From the NCBI GenBank assembly GCA_045542115.1, contig JAZQKK010000033.1:488-64487 (forward strand): a stretch of 64,000 nt of DNA. The letters run 5' to 3'. The notes beneath the pieces were generated by a model. The model saw only the letters and a list, made by a program, of their open reading frames with translations, had not been told where the DNA came from and ran no database searches. A program made the translations under genes and the position numbers. Below, piece after piece: positions 8,587 through 21,507 of this stretch. This DNA is from Eubacteriales bacterium. GTDB lineage: Bacteria > Bacillota > Clostridia > Oscillospirales > UBA644. Position 1 is the stretch's first letter, and each line of letters begins with the position of its first letter.

Positions 8587-10071
8587 ATGGACAAGATTGG
8601 CTTTAACAACGAAGAATACTTGAAACTCCAAACCCAACACATCAAAGAACGAATTTCCAGCTTTGGCGGGAAGCTGTACCTTGAAGTTGGGGGAAAACTG
8701 TTTGACGATTTTCACGCTGCCCGGGTACTCCCCGGCTTTCAACCCGACTCCAAAATCCGTATGCTCCGTCACTTAAAAGACCAGGCGGAAGTTGTCATTG
8801 TAATCAGTGCTTCTTCTATTGAGCAAAGCAAAAAGAGAAATGACCTGGGAATTACTTACGATATGGAAGTGCTTCGGCTAATCGATGCTTTTACGGAATG
8901 TGGCCTTTTTGTCGGAAGCGTTGTCATTACGCAATATGCCTCCCAGCCCTTGGCAAACGCATTTCAAAATCGATTGGAAAACCTGGGAATCCGGGTATAC
9001 CGTCATTATCCCATTCCCGGCTACCCCTCAAACACCAAATTGATCGTCAGCGACGACGGATATGGAAAAAACGAATATATTGAAACTTCCCGTCCTCTCG
9101 TCGTCGTTACTGCTCCCGGTCCCGGAAGTGGCAAAATGGCCACCTGCCTTTCCCAGCTTTATCACGATAATAAGCGGGGTATTTCCGCCGGTTACGCAAA
9201 ATACGAAACCTTCCCCATTTGGAATCTTCCCTTAAAACATCCGGTCAATCTGGCTTACGAAGCCGCGACTGCCGATTTGAATGACGTCAATATGATTGAC
9301 CCTTTCCATCTGGAACATTACGGGAAAACGGCGGTAAACTACAACCGCGACGTGGAAATTTTCCCGGTTTTGAATGCCATCTTTGAAAAAATCTCGGGAG
9401 CATCTCCCTATTATTCTCCCACGGATATGGGAGTAAATATGGCAGGGTTTGCCATTGATGACGATGCCGCGGTAAAACAGGCCGCCCGAAACGAAATCAT
9501 TCGCAGATATTACTCTACCCTGTGTCGAAAGAGAACCGGCATTGCTGACGACGATGAGGTTTATAAACAAGAGCTGATTATGAATCAAGCCGAATGTTCT
9601 CCGGAGGATCGGGCCTGTATTCGGGCAGCACTACTTCGAGCGGAAGCAACGGGAGCACCGTCTACGGCTATCGAATTAAAGGATGGCACCCTTGTTACCG
9701 GTAGAACGTCTCCCCTGTTTGGAGCCTCCTCCGCCTGTATCCTGAACGCATTGAAAGTCCTCGCCGGAATTCCTCACGAAGTACAGGTGATTTCCCCTGC
9801 GGTCATTGAACCGATTCAGGAATTAAAAGTGAAAAACCTGGGCAATCACAATCCCAGATTGCATACCGACGAAACGTTGATCGCCCTTGCCGTATCTGCA
9901 ACGACGAACGAAGCTGCGGCAAAAGCAATGAAAATGCTCCCCAATTTGGCAGGATGTGAAGCTCATTCTACGGTCATTCTCTCCTCGGTGGACAGCGACG
10001 TCTTCCGTAAGTTGGGAATGAATCTCACCTGTGAACCCCAATATCAAAATAAACGTCTTTATCACAAATAA
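8587..10071 (+). CDS. DUF1846/UPF0371 family protein
   Basis: [40 protein letters not shown] signatures. Confidence 0.85.
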   Translation: MDKIGFNNEEYLKLQTQHIKERISSFGGKLYLEVGGKLFDDFHAARVLPGFQPDSKIRMLRHLKDQAEVVIVISASSIEQSKKRNDLGITYDMEVLRLIDAFTECGLFVGSVVITQYASQPLANAFQNRLENLGIRVYRHYPIPGYPSNTKLIVSDDGYGKNEYIETSRPLVVVTAPGPGSGKMATCLSQLYHDNKRGISAGYAKYETFPIWNLPLKHPVNLAYEAATADLNDVNMIDPFHLEHYGKTAVNYNRDVEIFPVLNAIFEKISGASPYYSPTDMGVNMAGFAIDDDAAVKQAARNEIIRRYYSTLCRKRTGIADDDEVYKQELIMNQAECSPEDRACIRAALLRAEATGAPSTAIELKDGTLVTGRTSPLFGASSACILNALKVLAGIPHEVQVISPAVIEPIQELKVKNLGNHNPRLHTDETLIALAVSATTNEAAAKAMKMLPNLAGCEAHSTVILSSVDSDVFRKLGMNLTCEPQYQNKRLYHK

Positions 10072-10082
10072 AGGAGAATATT

Positions 10083-11333
10083 ATGTACGAGAATTATCTT
10101 GATACCATTGATTTTGTCCGTAATTTCGATTCTGAAATTGCCGATGCGATGCAGTTAGAATTAGGTCGACAGAGAGATAACATTGAGCTGATTGCCTCAG
10201 AAAACTACGTTTCGCCTGCCGTAATGGCCGCAATGGGATCGGTTTTAACCAATAAATATGCAGAAGGATATCCCGACCACCGTTATTACGGCGGATGCCA
10301 GTATGTAGATATCGTTGAAAATATTGCAAGAGACCGGGCCAAAGAGTTGTTTGGTGCAGAACACGCAAACGTACAACCCCACTCCGGCGCACAGGCGAAT
10401 ATGGCTGCCTACGCCGCAATCCTTCAACCCGGTGATACGGTGATGGGGATGTCCTTGGCAGAAGGAGGCCACTTGACCCACGGATCCCCGGTCAATGCAT
10501 CGGGAAAACTTTACAAATTCGTCGCCTACGGCGTTAATGAAGACGGCTATATCGATTACGACAAAATGCTGGAAACGGCGAAGGAATGTAAGCCCAAACT
10601 CATCGTTGCCGGTGCATCTGCCTATCCCAGAACCATTCGCTTCGATAAAATTTCCGAAATCGCAAAGGAAGTCGGGGCCTACTTTATGGTAGATATGGCC
10701 CACATTGCCGGACTTGTGGCTGCCGGTCTTCATCCGAATCCCGTACCTTATGCAGACATTGTTACAACAACCACCCATAAGACCCTTCGGGGACCTCGCG
10801 GTGGCTTGATTTTGTGCAAAGAAGCCTTGGCGAAAGCAATTGATAAAGCAATCTTCCCCGGAAATCAAGGGGGTCCGTTGATGCATATCATTGCTGCAAA
10901 AGCCGTTTGTTTCGGCGAAGCCCTCAAACCGGAATTTAAAGAATATCAGCAAAGAATCGTTGACAATGCCCAAACCCTCTCCAAAGCTCTTCTGGAAAAA
11001 GGATTAAAATTAGTGTCCGGAGGAACGGATAACCATCTGATGCTTCTTGACCTGCGCGGAACGGGTGTCACCGGAAAAGAATTGGAACATCGCCTGGATG
11101 AAGTTCATATTACTCTGAACAAAAATGCCGTCCCTGCTGACCCCGAAAAGCCTTTTGTAACCAGCGGCGTCCGCATCGGAACCCCTGCCGTAACTACCCG
11201 GGGATTTGGAAAAGACGAGATGCTTAAAATTGCCGATTTTATTGCCCTTGCTGTTTATGATTTTGAAAACAGCAAGGAATCCATTCTTTCCGGCGTTGCG
11301 GAAATTTGCAAACAATTTCCAATGTACGAATAA
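10083..11333 (+). CDS. glyA: Serine hydroxymethyltransferase
   Basis: [26 protein letters not shown]. Confidence 0.98.
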   Translation: MYENYLDTIDFVRNFDSEIADAMQLELGRQRDNIELIASENYVSPAVMAAMGSVLTNKYAEGYPDHRYYGGCQYVDIVENIARDRAKELFGAEHANVQPHSGAQANMAAYAAILQPGDTVMGMSLAEGGHLTHGSPVNASGKLYKFVAYGVNEDGYIDYDKMLETAKECKPKLIVAGASAYPRTIRFDKISEIAKEVGAYFMVDMAHIAGLVAAGLHPNPVPYADIVTTTTHKTLRGPRGGLILCKEALAKAIDKAIFPGNQGGPLMHIIAAKAVCFGEALKPEFKEYQQRIVDNAQTLSKALLEKGLKLVSGGTDNHLMLLDLRGTGVTGKELEHRLDEVHITLNKNAVPADPEKPFVTSGVRIGTPAVTTRGFGKDEMLKIADFIALAVYDFENSKESILSGVAEICKQFPMYE

Positions 11334-11549
11334 CGTGGATACTGTCAAAAGCCAAGCTCTTGCCAAAGCTTGTGGCGAAAATCTTCGGTACTGTCCCAAA
11401 GAATACTGAACAGAACGATAGCAGATACAATAGTAAATACGGTCATAATCAAGACTCCTTTTTTCTTTTATGCCCCTATTATACCGTATTGTATGTCCTA
11501 TAAAAAGGACTTAATTGTATAAAATCGCTCAAAATAGGAGGAACGAGCA

Positions 11550-14500
11550 ATGTTGTACAAAAAGAACGATTCAAAGGAACTGTCCCCGGAATTGTTCCAA
11601 AACCCCACCGCAGAATACCGTGGAACTCCCTTCTGGGCTTGGAACGGCAAGTTGGAAAAAGACGAACTGCTCCGCCAAATTGAAATTTTTAAGGAAATGG
11701 GATTGGGCGGATTCCATATGCACGTGCGTACCGGCCTGGAAAACACGTATTTGGGAGATGAATTTAAAGAACTGGTCCAGGCTTGTACTAAAAAAGCAAA
11801 GGACGAGCAGATGCTTTCCTGGCTTTATGACGAAGACCGTTGGCCTTCCGGTGCAGCAGGTGGGATTGTCACGAAGGACAAACAATTCCGCAAACGCCAC
11901 GCACTGTTTACTGCAACCCCCTATCAAGGAAACGAAAATAACAAATTTAACGGTTCTCAGGCCCGAGCGGTCCGTCAGGGCGACGGTGAATTGTTGGCAA
12001 TTTACGATATTGAACTGACCGATGACGGCTATTTAAAATCTTATCGCCGTATCAAAGACGTTTCAGAGGCGCAATTCGAAGTTCGCTATCTTTATATCGA
12101 AATTGCCGCGAATTCCACTTGGTACAACAATCAAGCTTACGTCAATACCCTGGACAAAAAAGCAATGGACCGGTTCATTGAAGTTACGTATAACTTCTAT
12201 AAAGATGCCGTTGGGGAAGAATTTGACGAAACGGTTCCCGCCATTTTTACCGATGAACCTCAGTTTACCCGCAAGAGTATGTTGACGTTTGCAAGAGAAA
12301 AGATTGACGTTACCTTACCTTGGACTGATGATTTAAACGATACCTTCCGGGAAGCCTATGGAGAAGATTTGGTTGATTCTTTCCCCGAGCTTATTTGGGA
12401 TTTGGCCGACGGAAAAATTTCTACCGTCCGCTATCATTACCACGACCACGTGGCAGAACGCTTTGCCGTTGCATTTGCAGACAATTGCGGAAATTGGTGT
12501 AAGGAACACAATTTGAAATTGACCGGTCATATGATGGAAGAACCGACGTTGCTCAAACAGACTGCGGCACTGGGTGAGGCGATGCGGTCGTACCGTTCCT
12601 TCCAATTGCCCGGTATCGATATGTTGCAAGCACGGTTCGAATATACCACGGCAAAGCAATGCCAATCCGCTGTACATCAGTACGGATACGAAGGAATGAT
12701 GAGCGAGCTTTACGGTGTAACAGGCTGGGATTTCGATTTCCGCGGTCACAAGCTTCACGGAGACTGGCAAGCCGCACTTGGAGTTACGATTCGTGTCCCC
12801 CACCTTTCTTGGTACACAATGAAGGGGGAAGCAAAACGCGACTATCCCGCGTCGATTCATTATCAATCCCCCTGGTACAAAGAATATTCTTACGTTGAAG
12901 ACCACTTTGCCCGTGTGGCATCTGCAATGACCCGCGGAACGCCGGACGTTAAAGTAGGCGTTATTCACCCTGTGGAAAGTTATTGGCTCCATTGGGGACC
13001 GGAAGAACAGACTTCTGCCATCCGGGAACAAATGGACAACAACTTCCAGAACTTGACACAATGGCTCTTGTTCGGTTCTGTGGACTTTGATTTCATCTCG
13101 GAATCCCTCTTCCCCGCCGAATGTCCCACTCCCGGAGCACCTTTGGCGGTAGGAAAAATGAACTATGATGTTATCATTGTTCCCGAATGTGAAACCCTTC
13201 GTTCCACGACGTTGGAACGATTGGAAACATTCCGAAATGCCGGCGGCCGCTTGATCTTCTTGGGACAAAAACCCTCTCTGGAAAATGCAGTACCCTCCGA
13301 ACGGCCAGGGAAACTCTTTGATCTATCCGAACAAATCACTTTCAGCGAAAATCAGATTTTGAATGCTCTCGAAGACATCCGTGCAATATCCATTAAAGGT
13401 GCCGACGGAAAAAATACCAACAACCTTCTGCATCAGATTCGGGTGGACGGAAACGGGAAATGGGTCTTTATCGCCCACGGCGTGGAACCCTATTCCAAAG
13501 ATATTTCCACACCTCAACAGCTGCGGATTACATTATCCGGAGAATGGAACGTTACCCTTTTCGACACGATGACCGGAAAAATTTCCCCCGTTCAGGCGGA
13601 AGCCAAAAACGGAAAAACCTATCTTGTTACCACAATCTACGATTATGACTCTTTGTTGTATCGCCTGACTCCCGTGGGAGAACCTCTCCCCTTGGGAATC
13701 AATACTTCCGAAACGATCGTTACCGACAATCTCGGTGGAGACTTCTACGTTTATGCTTCTGCGGAAGAACCGGAAGCTGCCGTTCGGGAAACAGGAACAG
13801 TGGACGTCCCCAATATGGTATGCTATACTCTTTCCGAACCCAACGTATGCTTGATTGACCAAGCGGAATTTGCAAAAGATGATGAACCGTACCGTCCTGC
13901 GGAAGAAATTCTTCGGGCAGACAACATTATCCGTAGTGAATTAGGTCTGGAAAAGAGGGGCGGACACGTGGCTCAGCCTTGGGTCTTGGAGAAGATTCCC
14001 GCAACCCATACCATCCGTCTTCGCTACACGGTAAACTGCACCTTCCGTTGCCGTGTTCCTTATTTGGCATTGGAAGATGCCGACAAAGCAACGATTCTTT
14101 TGAATGGAAAGAAAATTCACATCACCGATTGCGGTTATTACGTAGATAAATCCATTCGCAAAGTATTGTTGCCGGCGTTGGCGAAAGGTAAAAACGTCAT
14201 CGAAGTGATTCTTCCCATCGGCCCGAATACCAATACGGAATGGATGTATCTTTTGGGCAATTTTGCAGTTCACAATGAAGGTCGGATGAATACTCTTTCT
14301 CCGTTGCCGGAAAAGATACCTTTTGATGACATCGTTTATCAAGGTTTCCCCTTTTATAGCGGCGAATTTACTTACCACATTCCGGTGAATTCCGCCGGAG
14401 GGGAATTAACCGTCCGTCTTCCCCGGTTCCGTGCTACGGTCAATAAAGTTTCCGTAGATGGGGCGTCTGAATTGATTGCTTATCCTCCTTACGCGGCTAA

Positions 14501-14699
14501 AATCCCTATCGCGGCAGGAAAACACACCGTTGACCTTACCTGCTATATTCCCCGCACCAACGGATTTGCTCCTCTCCACACGGTCGTGGATGAATATCAG
14601 AGTCCCCGGATGTGGCGGCAGACGGAAGACCGTTGGATTTATAACTATCGATTCTATCCCGAAGGCCTTTTGACAGAACCTCAGATTAAAATTAAATAA
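11550..14699 (+). CDS. Large glycoside hydrolase, GH106 (alpha-L-rhamnosidase)-like
   Basis: PFWAWNG, WLYDEDRWPSG, AIFTDEP, PGID motifs; no signal peptide evident. Confidence 0.7.
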   Translation: MLYKKNDSKELSPELFQNPTAEYRGTPFWAWNGKLEKDELLRQIEIFKEMGLGGFHMHVRTGLENTYLGDEFKELVQACTKKAKDEQMLSWLYDEDRWPSGAAGGIVTKDKQFRKRHALFTATPYQGNENNKFNGSQARAVRQGDGELLAIYDIELTDDGYLKSYRRIKDVSEAQFEVRYLYIEIAANSTWYNNQAYVNTLDKKAMDRFIEVTYNFYKDAVGEEFDETVPAIFTDEPQFTRKSMLTFAREKIDVTLPWTDDLNDTFREAYGEDLVDSFPELIWDLADGKISTVRYHYHDHVAERFAVAFADNCGNWCKEHNLKLTGHMMEEPTLLKQTAALGEAMRSYRSFQLPGIDMLQARFEYTTAKQCQSAVHQYGYEGMMSELYGVTGWDFDFRGHKLHGDWQAALGVTIRVPHLSWYTMKGEAKRDYPASIHYQSPWYKEYSYVEDHFARVASAMTRGTPDVKVGVIHPVESYWLHWGPEEQTSAIREQMDNNFQNLTQWLLFGSVDFDFISESLFPAECPTPGAPLAVGKMNYDVIIVPECETLRSTTLERLETFRNAGGRLIFLGQKPSLENAVPSERPGKLFDLSEQITFSENQILNALEDIRAISIKGADGKNTNNLLHQIRVDGNGKWVFIAHGVEPYSKDISTPQQLRITLSGEWNVTLFDTMTGKISPVQAEAKNGKTYLVTTIYDYDSLLYRLTPVGEPLPLGINTSETIVTDNLGGDFYVYASAEEPEAAVRETGTVDVPNMVCYTLSEPNVCLIDQAEFAKDDEPYRPAEEILRADNIIRSELGLEKRGGHVAQPWVLEKIPATHTIRLRYTVNCTFRCRVPYLALEDADKATILLNGKKIHITDCGYYVDKSIRKVLLPALAKGKNVIEVILPIGPNTNTEWMYLLGNFAVHNEGRMNTLSPLPEKIPFDDIVYQGFPFYSGEFTYHIPVNSAGGELTVRLPRFRATVNKVSVDGASELIAYPPYAAKIPIAAGKHTVDLTCYIPRTNGFAPLHTVVDEYQSPRMWRQTEDRWIYNYRFYPEGLLTEPQIKIK

Positions 14700-14708
14700 T
14701 TCTGCAAC

Positions 14709-14740
14709 AAAAAATCCACCTTGACAGGTGGATTTTTTTT
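14709..14740. terminator. Bidirectional intrinsic terminator
   Basis: AAAAAATCCACCT-TGAC-AGGTGGATTTTTTTT between convergent genes. Confidence 0.85.
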
Positions 14741-14745
14741 GCTTT

Positions 14746-15435
14746 TTAGATTGTTTCACAACGGCATAAAACGGCATTTTTTTCCATCACCCGAAATCCG
14801 ACTCGAAATCCGGCACATTCAAAAATGTATTCCCGGTCGGGGGCAGATTGGTAACCCGGTCTTGGGTCTTCTGCAATAACGGAGCAAATCAACTCGGCAA
14901 TTTCTTTTTTGACACTGTCCAATATGTTGTCAGGATCAGAAACTGTAAGAGCGTATTCGCTCATCGACTCTGCAAATCCTCCGGAAGCCTCCGGGACACA
15001 ATCCGCAGACGGAAGATACGGTTTGACGTCATAAATGGGAGTACCATCCATCAAGTCGGCTCCCAAAACCTCAACGTAAGGCCCATCCGGAGAAGATAAT
15101 ACGATATTCGCGATTTTTACACAGGAAAGTCCGATAGAGTTGGGCCGATACGGAGAGCGGGTAGCAAACACTCCCATTCGCTGATTTCCTCCCAGCCGGG
15201 GCGGGCGAACCGTAGGAGACCAACCATCTTTAACTGCCTCGGAAAATTGCCAAAGAATCCACAAGTGGGTAAATCCTTCCAATCCACGAAGGGCATCCGG
15301 ATTTCGATATTCCGGGGTAAAGATAATTTTGGAACGAATCTCAGGAACCCGACGACTTTGCCGGGGGATTCCGAACTTTCCGGGAAACGGACTTTGCATA
15401 TAAGCAATCACTTTCAGAGTCATTTCACCGTTCAT
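14746..15435 (-). CDS. tsaA: tRNA t6A37 N6-methyltransferase TrmO/TsaA
   Basis: [45 protein letters not shown]. Confidence 0.9.
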   Translation of the reverse strand: MNGEMTLKVIAYMQSPFPGKFGIPRQSRRVPEIRSKIIFTPEYRNPDALRGLEGFTHLWILWQFSEAVKDGWSPTVRPPRLGGNQRMGVFATRSPYRPNSIGLSCVKIANIVLSSPDGPYVEVLGADLMDGTPIYDVKPYLPSADCVPEASGGFAESMSEYALTVSDPDNILDSVKKEIAELICSVIAEDPRPGYQSAPDREYIFECAGFRVGFRVMEKNAVLCRCETI

Positions 15436-18202
15436 ACGATTTCTCCAACAATGGTTTCAAATATTGACCCGTATAGGATTGTGGGCATTTTGCAACTTCT
15501 CGCGGGGTTCCTTGCGCAACAATCAAACCGCCCTTATCTCCGCCTTCCGGACCAAGGTCGATAACGTAATCGCACACCTTGATTACGTCCAGATTATGCT
15601 CAATAACCACTACGGTATTCCCACTGTCGGTCAATCGTTGCAATACGTCAATCAGCCGATGAACGTCCGCAGAGTGAAGGCCTGTGGTAGGTTCATCCAA
15701 AACGTATACCGTCCGCCCGGTGGAACGTTTACTCAATTCCGTAGCCAACTTCACACGCTGGGCTTCACCTCCGGAAAGGGTGGTAGAAGACTGGCCGATT
15801 TTAATATATCCAAGTCCTACGTCAAACAACGTTTGAAGTTTACGGCGGAGGGATGGGAAGTTTTCAAAGAATTTCAACCCCTCTTCCACCGTCATTTCCA
15901 GGACGTCGTGAATCGTTTTTCCTTTGAATTTGATTTCCAAGGTCTCACGATTATACCGTTTCCCGCCGCAAACGTCACAGGGAACGTAAATGTCCGGCAA
16001 AAAGTGCATCTCAATCTTCGTCACGCCGTCTCCGGAGCACGCTTCACAACGCCCACCGTCTACGTTAAAAGAAAAGCGACTTGCCGTATACCCCTTTGCC
16101 TTCGCATCCGGGGTCGCAGCAAACAATTCCCGAATTTCGGTAAACATCCCCGTATAAGTGGCGGGATTGGACCGGGGAGTACGCCCAATAGGGCTTTGGT
16201 CAATGTTAACGACCTTGTCAACCTGTTCCAAACCGTCAACTCCATCGCATTCTCCCGGCGTTTCGTGAGCACGATTCAAGGTCGAAGCAAGAGTTTTGTA
16301 GAAAATTTCATTGACAAGACTGGATTTTCCCGATCCGGAGACACCGGTAACGCAAGTAAAGGCAGACAGAGGAATAGACACGTCAATTCCCTTCAAATTA
16401 TTTTGCCGAGCATTACGGACCGTGAGATAACGACTGCCTACCGGACGGGTCGTTTTCGGGATTTCAATGGATTTTCTTCCCGAAAGGTATTCGCCCGTGA
16501 TAGACTCTTTGCAGTCCAAAATCCCCTCATATTTACCGGAATAAACCACTTCTCCTCCGTGGATTCCCGGTCCGGGCCCGATATCGACCAGCCAATCGGC
16601 GGCCCGCATCGTGTCTTCGTCGTGTTCTACGACAATTAACGTGTTTCCTTGGTCCCGCAGACGTTTTAAGGTTTCAATCAACTTCGAATTATCTCTCTGA
16701 TGAAGCCCAATACTCGGTTCATCTAAAATATACAATACCCCGGTCAAAGAAGAGCCGATTTGGGTAGCAAGACGAATCCGTTGGGATTCGCCTCCGGACA
16801 AGGTTCCCGACGCCCGGGCAAGGGTCAGATATTCCAACCCTACACTGGATAAAAAACCAAGGCGGGAACGAATTTCTTTCAGTATCATATCCGCAATAGA
16901 GGCTTCTCTTTGCGAAAGTTTTAAGTTATTGACAAAATTTAACGCGTCCCCCACCGGAAGACGACAGAACTCATCAATATTTAAACCGCCTACCGTAACG
17001 GCAAGAGACAACTCGTTCAACCGTGCCCCGTGACAGTCCGGGCAAGGCTTGTTGCTCATCAATGCTTCGTATTCTGCTTTTGCATAAGGACTGGACGTGG
17101 CTTTATACCGACGTTCCACCGTAGGAATAATCCCCTCAAATCCATCGCATCCGTATAACATATCGTGAAGGGTTTCGGGGTTTAAATCCTGAATAGGGGT
17201 GCTTAATTTATCTCCGTGAGCTTTGTAAATTGCATTGACAGCCTTCATTAAATAGGGATTTCCGGTAACACTCCCGAAACCCATAACACCAATTCCGCCG
17301 TCAAGAATATTTTTCTCGGGATCGGGGAAAACCCGGTCCGGGTCAATGCGCATCAAATATCCGATACCGCTACAAGTTTTACAGGCTCCCATCGGATTGT
17401 TAAAGGAAAACATCCGGGGCGTCAATTCTTCGATTCCGATTTCGTGTTCCGGGCAGGAATACCGCTGAGAAAACATACGGTCTTCTACGCCATCAAAAAT
17501 AACGATAAGTCCCTTGCTGATCCGGGACGCAGTCCCACAGGAATCGGTCAGTCTGCGACGAACGTCACTACGCACCGAAAGGCGATCCACGACGATTTCA
17601 ATATTATGTTTTTTATTCTTTTCCAGGGGAATTTCATCCATTAGATCGCAGATAACCCCGTCGACACGTGCACGAACGAACCCGTGTTTCCGGTAGTCGG
17701 AAAACAACTTGGCAAATTCACCCTTTCGTCCCCGGATAACCGGTGCCAAAACCTGAATTCGCGTCCCCTCGGGATATTCCATAATACGGTCAACGATTTG
17801 GTCCAAGGGTTGTTTTTTTATCTCAATTCCGCAAACCGGACAATGGGGAATTCCAATGCGGGCATACAAAAGACGAAGATAATCGTAAATCTCAGTCGTT
17901 GTACCCACCGTGGAGCGAGGATTTTTAGAGGTGGTCTTCTGGTCAATGGAAATCGCGGGAGAAAGACCGTCAATGCTGTCTACGTCCGGTTTTTCCATCT
18001 GCCCTAAAAACATCCGCGCATAAGAAGAAAGAGACTCTACGTATCGTCTCTGACCTTCCGCATAGATGGTATCAAAAGCCAAGGATGATTTTCCTGAACC
18101 GGAAAGACCGGTAAAGACCACGAACTGGTCACGGGGGACAGTTAAATCAATATTTTTCAGATTATTCTGCCGCGCACCGCGAATCACCAATTTATCAATC
18201 AT
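15425..18202 (-). CDS. uvrA: Excinuclease ABC subunit A
   Basis: GARQNNLKN, two ABC ATPase modules and zinc fingers; start at MIDKLVIRG. Confidence 0.98.
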   Translation of the reverse strand: MIDKLVIRGARQNNLKNIDLTVPRDQFVVFTGLSGSGKSSLAFDTIYAEGQRRYVESLSSYARMFLGQMEKPDVDSIDGLSPAISIDQKTTSKNPRSTVGTTTEIYDYLRLLYARIGIPHCPVCGIEIKKQPLDQIVDRIMEYPEGTRIQVLAPVIRGRKGEFAKLFSDYRKHGFVRARVDGVICDLMDEIPLEKNKKHNIEIVVDRLSVRSDVRRRLTDSCGTASRISKGLIVIFDGVEDRMFSQRYSCPEHEIGIEELTPRMFSFNNPMGACKTCSGIGYLMRIDPDRVFPDPEKNILDGGIGVMGFGSVTGNPYLMKAVNAIYKAHGDKLSTPIQDLNPETLHDMLYGCDGFEGIIPTVERRYKATSSPYAKAEYEALMSNKPCPDCHGARLNELSLAVTVGGLNIDEFCRLPVGDALNFVNNLKLSQREASIADMILKEIRSRLGFLSSVGLEYLTLARASGTLSGGESQRIRLATQIGSSLTGVLYILDEPSIGLHQRDNSKLIETLKRLRDQGNTLIVVEHDEDTMRAADWLVDIGPGPGIHGGEVVYSGKYEGILDCKESITGEYLSGRKSIEIPKTTRPVGSRYLTVRNARQNNLKGIDVSIPLSAFTCVTGVSGSGKSSLVNEIFYKTLASTLNRAHETPGECDGVDGLEQVDKVVNIDQSPIGRTPRSNPATYTGMFTEIRELFAATPDAKAKGYTASRFSFNVDGGRCEACSGDGVTKIEMHFLPDIYVPCDVCGGKRYNRETLEIKFKGKTIHDVLEMTVEEGLKFFENFPSLRRKLQTLFDVGLGYIKIGQSSTTLSGGEAQRVKLATELSKRSTGRTVYVLDEPTTGLHSADVHRLIDVLQRLTDSGNTVVVIEHNLDVIKVCDYVIDLGPEGGDKGGLIVAQGTPREVAKCPQSYTGQYLKPLLEKSYER

Positions 18203-20183
18203 TTTCTTTTGCTCCTTTGATTCTGCGAATCTCGTCCCGCAATTTGGCGGCGTATTCAAAGTCCAGAACTTTTGCCGCTTGCTTCATTTCATCGGTCAAC
18301 CGTTCCAACATACGTCGACGTTCGTCCTTGGAGAGCTTGGACGGGTCTATCTTCTCTTGTTCCAGATTCTGAACGTCTTTTGCTACGGTAGAGAAAGTCA
18401 TATTGTTATCCACTTTTTTCACGATTGTCTTCGGAGTAATTCCGTGAACACGGTTATATTCCGATTGAATCGAACGGCGACGCTCAGTCTCTCGAATGGC
18501 AGCTTCCATTGCGGGAGTAACTGAATCCCCATACATCACGACCTTGCCTTCCGCATTTCGCGCAGCCCGGCCGATAATCTGAATCAAAGAGGTTTCATTC
18601 CGCAAAAATCCTTGTTTATCCGCATCAAGAATTGCTACCAAAGACACCTCCGGTAGATCCAGGCCTTCTCGGAGAAGATTGATACCAACCAAAACGTCAA
18701 AATCCCCGTTGCGTAGATCCCGCAAGATCTGTATGCGGTCCAACGTCTCGATATCGTGGTGTAAATAGCGAACCCGAATTTCCATTTTTTCCAGATATTG
18801 CGCCAGAGATTCCGCTAATTTTTTGGTTACCGTCACCACCAGCACACGTTCTTTTTTCGCTACGCGCACGTTGATTTCACTCAAAAGGTCGTCAATCTGT
18901 CCTTCGGTAGGCCGAACGGAGATTTCGGGATCTAACAAACCCGTGGGACGAATAATCTGCTCCACAGTTTGAGCCGAATTGGTCTTTTCAAATTCACCGG
19001 GAGTTGCAGATACGTAGACTACCTGATTCACCCGATCGTCGTATTCCTGAAAATTCAAAGGTCGATTATCGAATGCAGAAGGCAACCGAAATCCATAATC
19101 AACCAAACTGGTTTTTCGAGAACGGTCTCCTCCGCCCATTCCGCGAACTTGCGGCAACGTGACGTGGCTTTCGTCCACAAACATCAAATAATCTTTGGGG
19201 AAATAGTCCAGTAACGTATGCGGGGTTGAGCCGGGAGCTCGTCCTTCCAAAATTCGAGAGTAATTTTCCACACCTTTGCAATACCCAACTTGCTTCAAGA
19301 ACTCGACGTCATACATCGTCCGTTCCGTAATTCGTTGGGCTTCAATTAATTTTCCTTGGGCGGTAAACCAAGCGGCACGCTCTTCCGTTTCCCGCAGAAT
19401 TTCTTCAATCGCCTTATCCATTTTATCCGGCGTAGTTAAATAGTGTACTGCGGGGAAAATCGCATAATAGTCATACCGGCAAATCAATTCTCCGGTAATC
19501 GGGTCAATCTCGGAAATTCGGTCAATTTCATCGTCAAAAAACTCTACACGGACAAAGGTCTTTTCCGAATCCGCAGGGAAAATTTCCACAATATCGCCGT
19601 GTACACGGAAGGTTCCGCGGGCAATGTCAAAATCGTTCCGGGAATAATGTATCGAGACCAATTCCCGCAAAAAAACGTCTCGGTCTTTCCGCTGCCCTAC
19701 ACGGACCGAAGTCATCTGGGAACGATAGGACTCCGGGTCACCTAACGCGTAAATGCAAGAAACACTGGCAACGATAATTACGTCTCGCCGCTCAAACAAC
19801 GCCGAGGTTGCAGAATGTCGCAACCGGTCAATCTCATCATTGATACTCATATCTTTCTCAATATAAGTATCCGTATGAGCGATATAGGCTTCCGGCTGGT
19901 AATAATCGTAATAGGATACAAAATATTCTACGGCATTATTGGGAAAGAACTCCCGAAATTCCGCACACAATTGAGCCGCAAGGGTCTTATTATGGGCAAG
20001 AATTAAGGTCGGACGATTCATCTGAGCAATAATGTTAGCCATCGTAAAGGTCTTCCCCGACCCGGTTACCCCCAACAGTGTCTGTCGTTTTTCGCCATTT
20101 TGAAGACCGCGAACCAATTGTTCAATCGCTTTCGGCTGGTCTCCCGTAGGTTGATATTCCGACACCAATTCAAAACGGTCCAT
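18195..20183 (-). CDS. uvrB: Excinuclease ABC subunit B
   Basis: [23 protein letters not shown]-terminal UVR domain. Confidence 0.98.
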   Translation of the reverse strand: MDRFELVSEYQPTGDQPKAIEQLVRGLQNGEKRQTLLGVTGSGKTFTMANIIAQMNRPTLILAHNKTLAAQLCAEFREFFPNNAVEYFVSYYDYYQPEAYIAHTDTYIEKDMSINDEIDRLRHSATSALFERRDVIIVASVSCIYALGDPESYRSQMTSVRVGQRKDRDVFLRELVSIHYSRNDFDIARGTFRVHGDIVEIFPADSEKTFVRVEFFDDEIDRISEIDPITGELICRYDYYAIFPAVHYLTTPDKMDKAIEEILRETEERAAWFTAQGKLIEAQRITERTMYDVEFLKQVGYCKGVENYSRILEGRAPGSTPHTLLDYFPKDYLMFVDESHVTLPQVRGMGGGDRSRKTSLVDYGFRLPSAFDNRPLNFQEYDDRVNQVVYVSATPGEFEKTNSAQTVEQIIRPTGLLDPEISVRPTEGQIDDLLSEINVRVAKKERVLVVTVTKKLAESLAQYLEKMEIRVRYLHHDIETLDRIQILRDLRNGDFDVLVGINLLREGLDLPEVSLVAILDADKQGFLRNETSLIQIIGRAARNAEGKVVMYGDSVTPAMEAAIRETERRRSIQSEYNRVHGITPKTIVKKVDNNMTFSTVAKDVQNLEQEKIDPSKLSKDERRRMLERLTDEMKQAAKVLDFEYAAKLRDEIRRIKGAKEND

Positions 20184-20283
20184 AACGGCCTCCTCTCCCT
20201 ATAAAAGAAATTGTATCACCTTGTATTATACCACGTTTTCTTGAAAAATGGAAGGATAACGACAAAGATGTTACAAAAAAATC

Positions 20284-21351
20284 TCATTTTCCTTTTCTTC
20301 GTTTCCGACGAATCCGATTGAGATGCCGCTCGAACTCACCGCTATCCAAAAGTTCGGTCAAAAAATACTGTTCCAAAACCGGAACCGGACAGGAAAAAGA
20401 GCCTAAGACCTGTTGAAAGACAGGTAGCAGTCGGTCGGGAAGAACCATATATCCCACACGAACCGACGGAGCCACCGTCCTGGAAAACGTATTCATATAA
20501 ATGACTCTGTGTGGGTCCAGGGAAAATACCGTATCTTCCGATTTGGTCAAAGCGGTAAATTCTGAATCGTAATCATCTTCAACAATATATCCGTCCCGCT
20601 TTTCAGCCCAACGAACGTATTCGTGGCGTTTAGACGCAGTAGCGGTTACACCGCTGGGGAAACTACGGAAAGGGGTCACGTGGAGAACCGAAGCGTCGGT
20701 CCGTTGGAGTTCCGAAGACAAAATCCCGTCGTTTCCCATTGTAAGCCGGTCACAAGAGGCTCCGTTCGACCGATAAACCGTTAAAATTTTATCATACGAC
20801 GGGTTTTCAATGCCATAACGGCGGGTTCGGCCTAGCATTTGCACCACCAAGCCGTACAGATACTCTGCCCCCGAACCAATAATGATTTGTTCCGGAGTTA
20901 CGGGAAGGAAACGGCTTCGCAACAAATAATCAGCTAACGCTTTTCGCAATTCATAGCATCCCGTATTGGGACTGCGACAAAGTAAAGTCTCCCCTGCTTC
21001 ATTCAGAACTTTTCGATATACTTTTGCAAGCGTCGAATAAGGAATGGCATCTTCGGAAACCGCTGCAAGCGAAGGTACTCTTTCCACAGAAGAAGCATTA
21101 GAAGTTGAAACGGTATCGTGCAAACGATACGTTACGTAATACCCGCTTCTGCACCGTGACTCCAAATACCCTTCATCGCATAAAATACCGTAGGCGTGCT
21201 CTACCGTAATTACACTTACATTATAGCGTTCCGCCGTTTTTCTTTTTGAGGGAATTTTTTGACCGTAGGAAAAGACACCGCCAACAATATCCTTTCGAAA
21301 CTGTTGATACAGTCGAAGATAAGCAGGATTAAAAGAATCATTATGTCTCAT
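20284..21351 (-). CDS. MocR/GabR-family (GntR HTH + PLP aminotransferase fold) regulator
   Basis: N-terminal GntR wHTH, EDDYDSEF, TFSRTVAPSVRVGY. Confidence 0.9.
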   Translation of the reverse strand: MRHNDSFNPAYLRLYQQFRKDIVGGVFSYGQKIPSKRKTAERYNVSVITVEHAYGILCDEGYLESRCRSGYYVTYRLHDTVSTSNASSVERVPSLAAVSEDAIPYSTLAKVYRKVLNEAGETLLCRSPNTGCYELRKALADYLLRSRFLPVTPEQIIIGSGAEYLYGLVVQMLGRTRRYGIENPSYDKILTVYRSNGASCDRLTMGNDGILSSELQRTDASVLHVTPFRSFPSGVTATASKRHEYVRWAEKRDGYIVEDDYDSEFTALTKSEDTVFSLDPHRVIYMNTFSRTVAPSVRVGYMVLPDRLLPVFQQVLGSFSCPVPVLEQYFLTELLDSGEFERHLNRIRRKRRKGK

Positions 21352-21507
21352 CTGACCTTATTAAATTATCCTTTCTAAAAAAGTGGATATCACCAAATTC
21401 ATTATAACTCATTTTTTCACTTTTGTAAAGAATCTTTGCGCAGATTACCAAAAAAAGAGGAAATTTCATATAATGGACAGAAAACGAGCAACGGGAGGGA
21501 CCTCACA

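Noticed and set aside
15464-16639. 391-aa ORF antisense to uvrA
   Set aside because: Shadow ORF with no independent evidence
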